Origin: Octopus sinensis
Taxonomy: Eukaryota
Reading direction: 5' to 3'
Assembly: GCF_006345805.1 (NCBI RefSeq)
Contig: NC_043008.1
Span: 23,312,001 to 23,376,000 of the forward strand
Length of the DNA: 64,000 nucleotides
The notes under the pieces were generated by a model, which worked only from the letters and a program-made list of their open reading frames with translations, ran no database searches and was not told where the DNA came from. The position numbers and the translations under genes are program-made. This document shows positions 60,950 to 64,000 of this stretch, piece by piece. Within the stretch, counting starts at the first letter, position 1. The number at the start of each line of letters is the position of its first letter.

Positions 60950-61500
60950 TACAAGGTAGCCAGATGTCACATATGCATCCTAGGAATTAGTAATCACACT
61001 TGCGTGGGAGTTAATTCCAGGGAGAAGTGAGACATGTTTTGGAGAACATAAGAATAATGGAAAATGGAGACCAATGCTCAAGATGTTATTTAAATCATTT
61101 ATATCACCAAATCACCGACATATGTTTCGATAGATGCATTAAAATTTCGTTCTTGTTACTTGTTTCTTCAGATTTTTTCTTGTCATTTACTGTTTTTTAT
61201 GCAATATTTGTTTAATATGTTTCCCATTTTGGGGCTTTGTAGGACTATTGGTAAGTTTGAATGTATGATTTGAAACATGTTGGTAACTCTGGGGTTGTGT
61301 GTGTTTATGAAAGGGATGATGTTTTCTTTGTTTTTCATTTTTGGAGTTCTGAGTTGCTCTTGAGATTCCATTTTTTATCAATTCGAGTGGGTATTTTTGT
61401 TCTAGTAGGAAGTTTTTAAGTTCATTTAGTCTTATTTGGTGTGTTTGTGAGTTGGTTACTATGCTGCATATGGAATGTTTCTTTTTTATGTGGGATGGGT
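60950..61500 (-). mobile_element. Possible second Penelope-like fragment (thumb/linker region)
   Basis: ENIIPFINTHNPRVTNMFQIIHSNLPIVLQ (61183-61371) resembles the IPFV.T.NP...I..NLP.L segment of Penelope-type ORFs. Confidence 0.5.
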
Positions 61501-61629
61501 TAGAGGAGTAGAAAATTAAATAATGGACACACCCCCAAATTGAATGGCTGAAAATATTTCTATAATAATTTGTACTAGATGAAGGACCAATTTTGTAAAG
61601 TAAATTGTATTAAACACACACACACACAC

Positions 61630-61918
61630 GCCTGGGGCCAACCAAAGTCTTGTGAGTGGATTTGGTAGACGGAAACTGAAAGAAGCCTGTCATATATGTA
61701 TATATGTGTGTGTGTGTTTGTGTGTCTGTGTGTGTCCCCACCAACATTGCTTGACAACTTATGCTGGTGTGTTTATGTCTCTGTAGGCAAAAGAGACCAA
61801 TAGAATAAGTACTAGGCTTACAAAGAATAAGTTCTGGGGTCGATTTGATTGACTAAAGGCAGTGCTCCAGCATGGCCACAGTCAAAATGACTGAAACAAA
61901 TAAAAGAGTAAAAGAGTA
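61630..61918 (+). mobile_element. 5'-truncated tRNA-derived SINE
   Basis: Same body and tail blocks as 59985-60415. Confidence 0.8.
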
Positions 61919-62043
61919 TATTATTGTTAAAATTATAATTTACTTCATGATCAAAACTGCAGTTTTTCTGTGGGATAGGTTGTAGTTCACATGTGGGTAT
62001 AAAAGATAAAAATGTATCACATTTGGCTGTATATTTTTGGGAG

Positions 62044-62985
62044 TCATCATCATCATCATCATCATTATCGTTTAACGTATGTTTTCCATGCTAGCATGGG
62101 TTGGACAGTTCAACTGGGGTCTGGGAAGCCAAGAGGCTGCACCAGGCTCCAGTCTGATCTGGCAGTATTTCTACAGCTGGATGCCCTTCCTCATGCCAAC
62201 CACTCCGTGAGTGTAGTGGGTGCTTTTTACATGCCATTGGCACAGGGATCAGAGGAGGCTGGCAACAGCCATGATCGGTTGGTGCTTTTTACGTGCCACC
62301 GGCATGGACGCCGGTCAAGGCGACGCTGGCATCAGCCGTGTTTGGATGGTGCTTTTTCCATTTGATTTTTATTTTGATGTTGATGTACTTGACTCAATAG
62401 GTCTCCTCAAGCACATGAGGTTGCCCTATGATCCAAGGTAAGCACAGCAGGCTGTCCTGTGAGCTATGAACTCACTTCATTTGTTGGGTCTTCACAGTCA
62501 CAGCATATCTCCAGAGGTCTCGGTCTTTTGTCATTGCCTCTGTGAGGCCCAACATTTGAAGGTCATGCTTGACCACCTCATCCCATGTCTTCCTAGGTCT
62601 ACCTCTACCCCAGATTCCTTCAACTGTTTGTGAGTGGCACTTCTTCACACATCTCTTCTTTTCCATTCGTAGTACATGACCATACCAACACAAATGTCTC
62701 TCCTGCATGCCACATCCGATGCTTCTTATGCCCAACATTTCTCTCAGGGTGCTTACATTCTGTCATGCATGCACACTGACATTACACATCCAGCAGATCA
62801 TGCTAGCTTAATTTCTTTTGAGCCTACACATGTCCTCCGCATTCATGGCCCATGTTTCACTGCCATGAAGCATGGCGGCTTTCACACATGCGTTGTACAA
62901 TCTACCTTTCAGTCAAAGCGAGAGACCCTTTGTCGCCAGTAGGGGAAGAAGTTTTCTAAAATTTACTCAGGCTATTCTTATTCTA
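62044..62985 (-). mobile_element. RTE LINE 3' fragment
   Basis: (CAT)n tail, palindrome at 62086-62099, about 3 minisatellite units, ORF 62472-62738 (QERHLCWYGHVLRME...GRGRPRKTWDEVVKHDL). Confidence 0.9.
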
Positions 62986-63063
62986 GTGTTGAATATTAGT
63001 TACATGATGATGCTTGATCGCGTACATATTTACTCCTAACACTCGCAAATTTATAACTTGGAG

Positions 63064-63127
63064 AACCACTCTGAGGAGAATAATAGGTAAATATAATTTA
63101 CTTTAAATTCAAAATGCGTCTGTGGTT
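63064..63127 (+). ncRNA. Relic minimal type-I hammerhead ribozyme motif
   Basis: AACCAC-T-CTGAGGA-GAAT...ATTC-AAAA-TGCG-TC-T-GTGGTT: stem I AACCAC/GTGGTT, core CUGAnGA, stem II GAAT/ATTC with inner GGTAAAT/ATTTACT, GAAA decayed to AAAA, GUC cleavage triplet. Confidence 0.65.
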
Positions 63128-63899
63128 AACTGAAGTAGTCTGGATTCATCATTTTTCTTTTTACCTACATAAAAATGTGTGTTTTTGTCTTAGAGATTTT
63201 TATGGTAGTTGAAAAAATATTAGTGTCTATTTCTAATTCAGTACATAGCAAGGCACTTAGCTGACCCCTGATTATAATTATGTATATAATTATAGAATAT
63301 TTTGTATGTGTATATATATATATATATACACACATACACACACATGTATATAAATACACAGACAATCATATAAACATACATACACACATACATATACACG
63401 TACCCATAAATATATCCACACATATGTATATACCTCACACTCATATATACATACATAATTATGCATGTTTAATTTAGTTCACTTTGTCTTTGTATTTGAA
63501 AAATATGTAAGAGGGGAGATAATGGTGTATGTTTTCAACCAATATAACTATGTTTGTATTTATAAATCTACGTAGATTTGGTCACCATTGCAAAACAAAT
63601 GAAATTAATCAAATAATAATTAAATAAGAGTCAGACAGTTATTTATGTTGTCAGGTGTGTCTGTTCAAATGTTAGTAAAGGTTACTAAGGATATGTTAGA
63701 AAAAGGATATGTTTAGTTATATCAGAAAATACATAGCGTTATACAAGTGTTATGGAAATTCTGAGTTGTATACATATATATGCACATACATAAGCATGCA
63801 TAAATGAAAATAAATAAGTAGATACATAGGTGAACAGTTACATATGGATTATAATAGCATATTTGTGTATACATACATACATACACACATGTATATAAA

Positions 63900-63932
63900 T
63901 ACTAGCAGAGATACCCGGCGTTGCCTGGTTAC
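63900..63932 (-). mobile_element. Helitron-like 3' terminus
   Basis: TACTAGCAGAGATACCCGGCGTTGCCTGG parallels the CTAG + hairpin end at 45928; a + strand counterpart lies at about 18395-18433. Confidence 0.55.
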
Positions 63933-64000
63933 ATTCAGTTGAAGAATTAGACTTTTCTCATATATATATATATATATATATGGATACACACACACACACA

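Noticed and set aside
45100-64000. Further IQCH exons after 45099
   Set aside because: No segment matching the expected next peptide (approximately Q.LWA..L.L.YS) with valid splice sites was recognised; the next exon probably lies beyond the window, though a diverged exon could have been missed.

Overview
Eukaryotic, AT-rich, repeat-dense genomic DNA. The repeat families (RTE LINE with (GAT)n tails, tRNA-derived SINEs with internal (TA)n(TG)n) resemble those of Octopus; the species assignment is inference only. The only host gene I can support is an internal part of IQCH (IQ motif-containing protein H) on the + strand. It has six GT-AG exons (19248-19398, 24062-24237, 29049-29321, 42814-42999, 43121-43241, 44825-45099) that splice into one open frame of 394 codons; neither the start nor the end of the gene was found. 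The rest is intronic and filled with transposable elements: two decayed Gypsy elements, three mariner elements with TIRs and TA duplications, a complete hAT (SPIN/GTF2IRD2-like) element with an 8-bp TSD inside a Gypsy gag, three young and several old RTE LINE copies carrying a PHD-like finger, a near full-length CR1/L2-group LINE whose ORF1 has PHD plus three CCCH fingers, a Penelope-like element, a relic hammerhead ribozyme, a tandem Helitron-like array, SINEs, foldback/MITE inverted repeats and many microsatellites. No rRNA, true tRNA gene or CRISPR array was found. All family assignments come from motif recognition; no database search was run.
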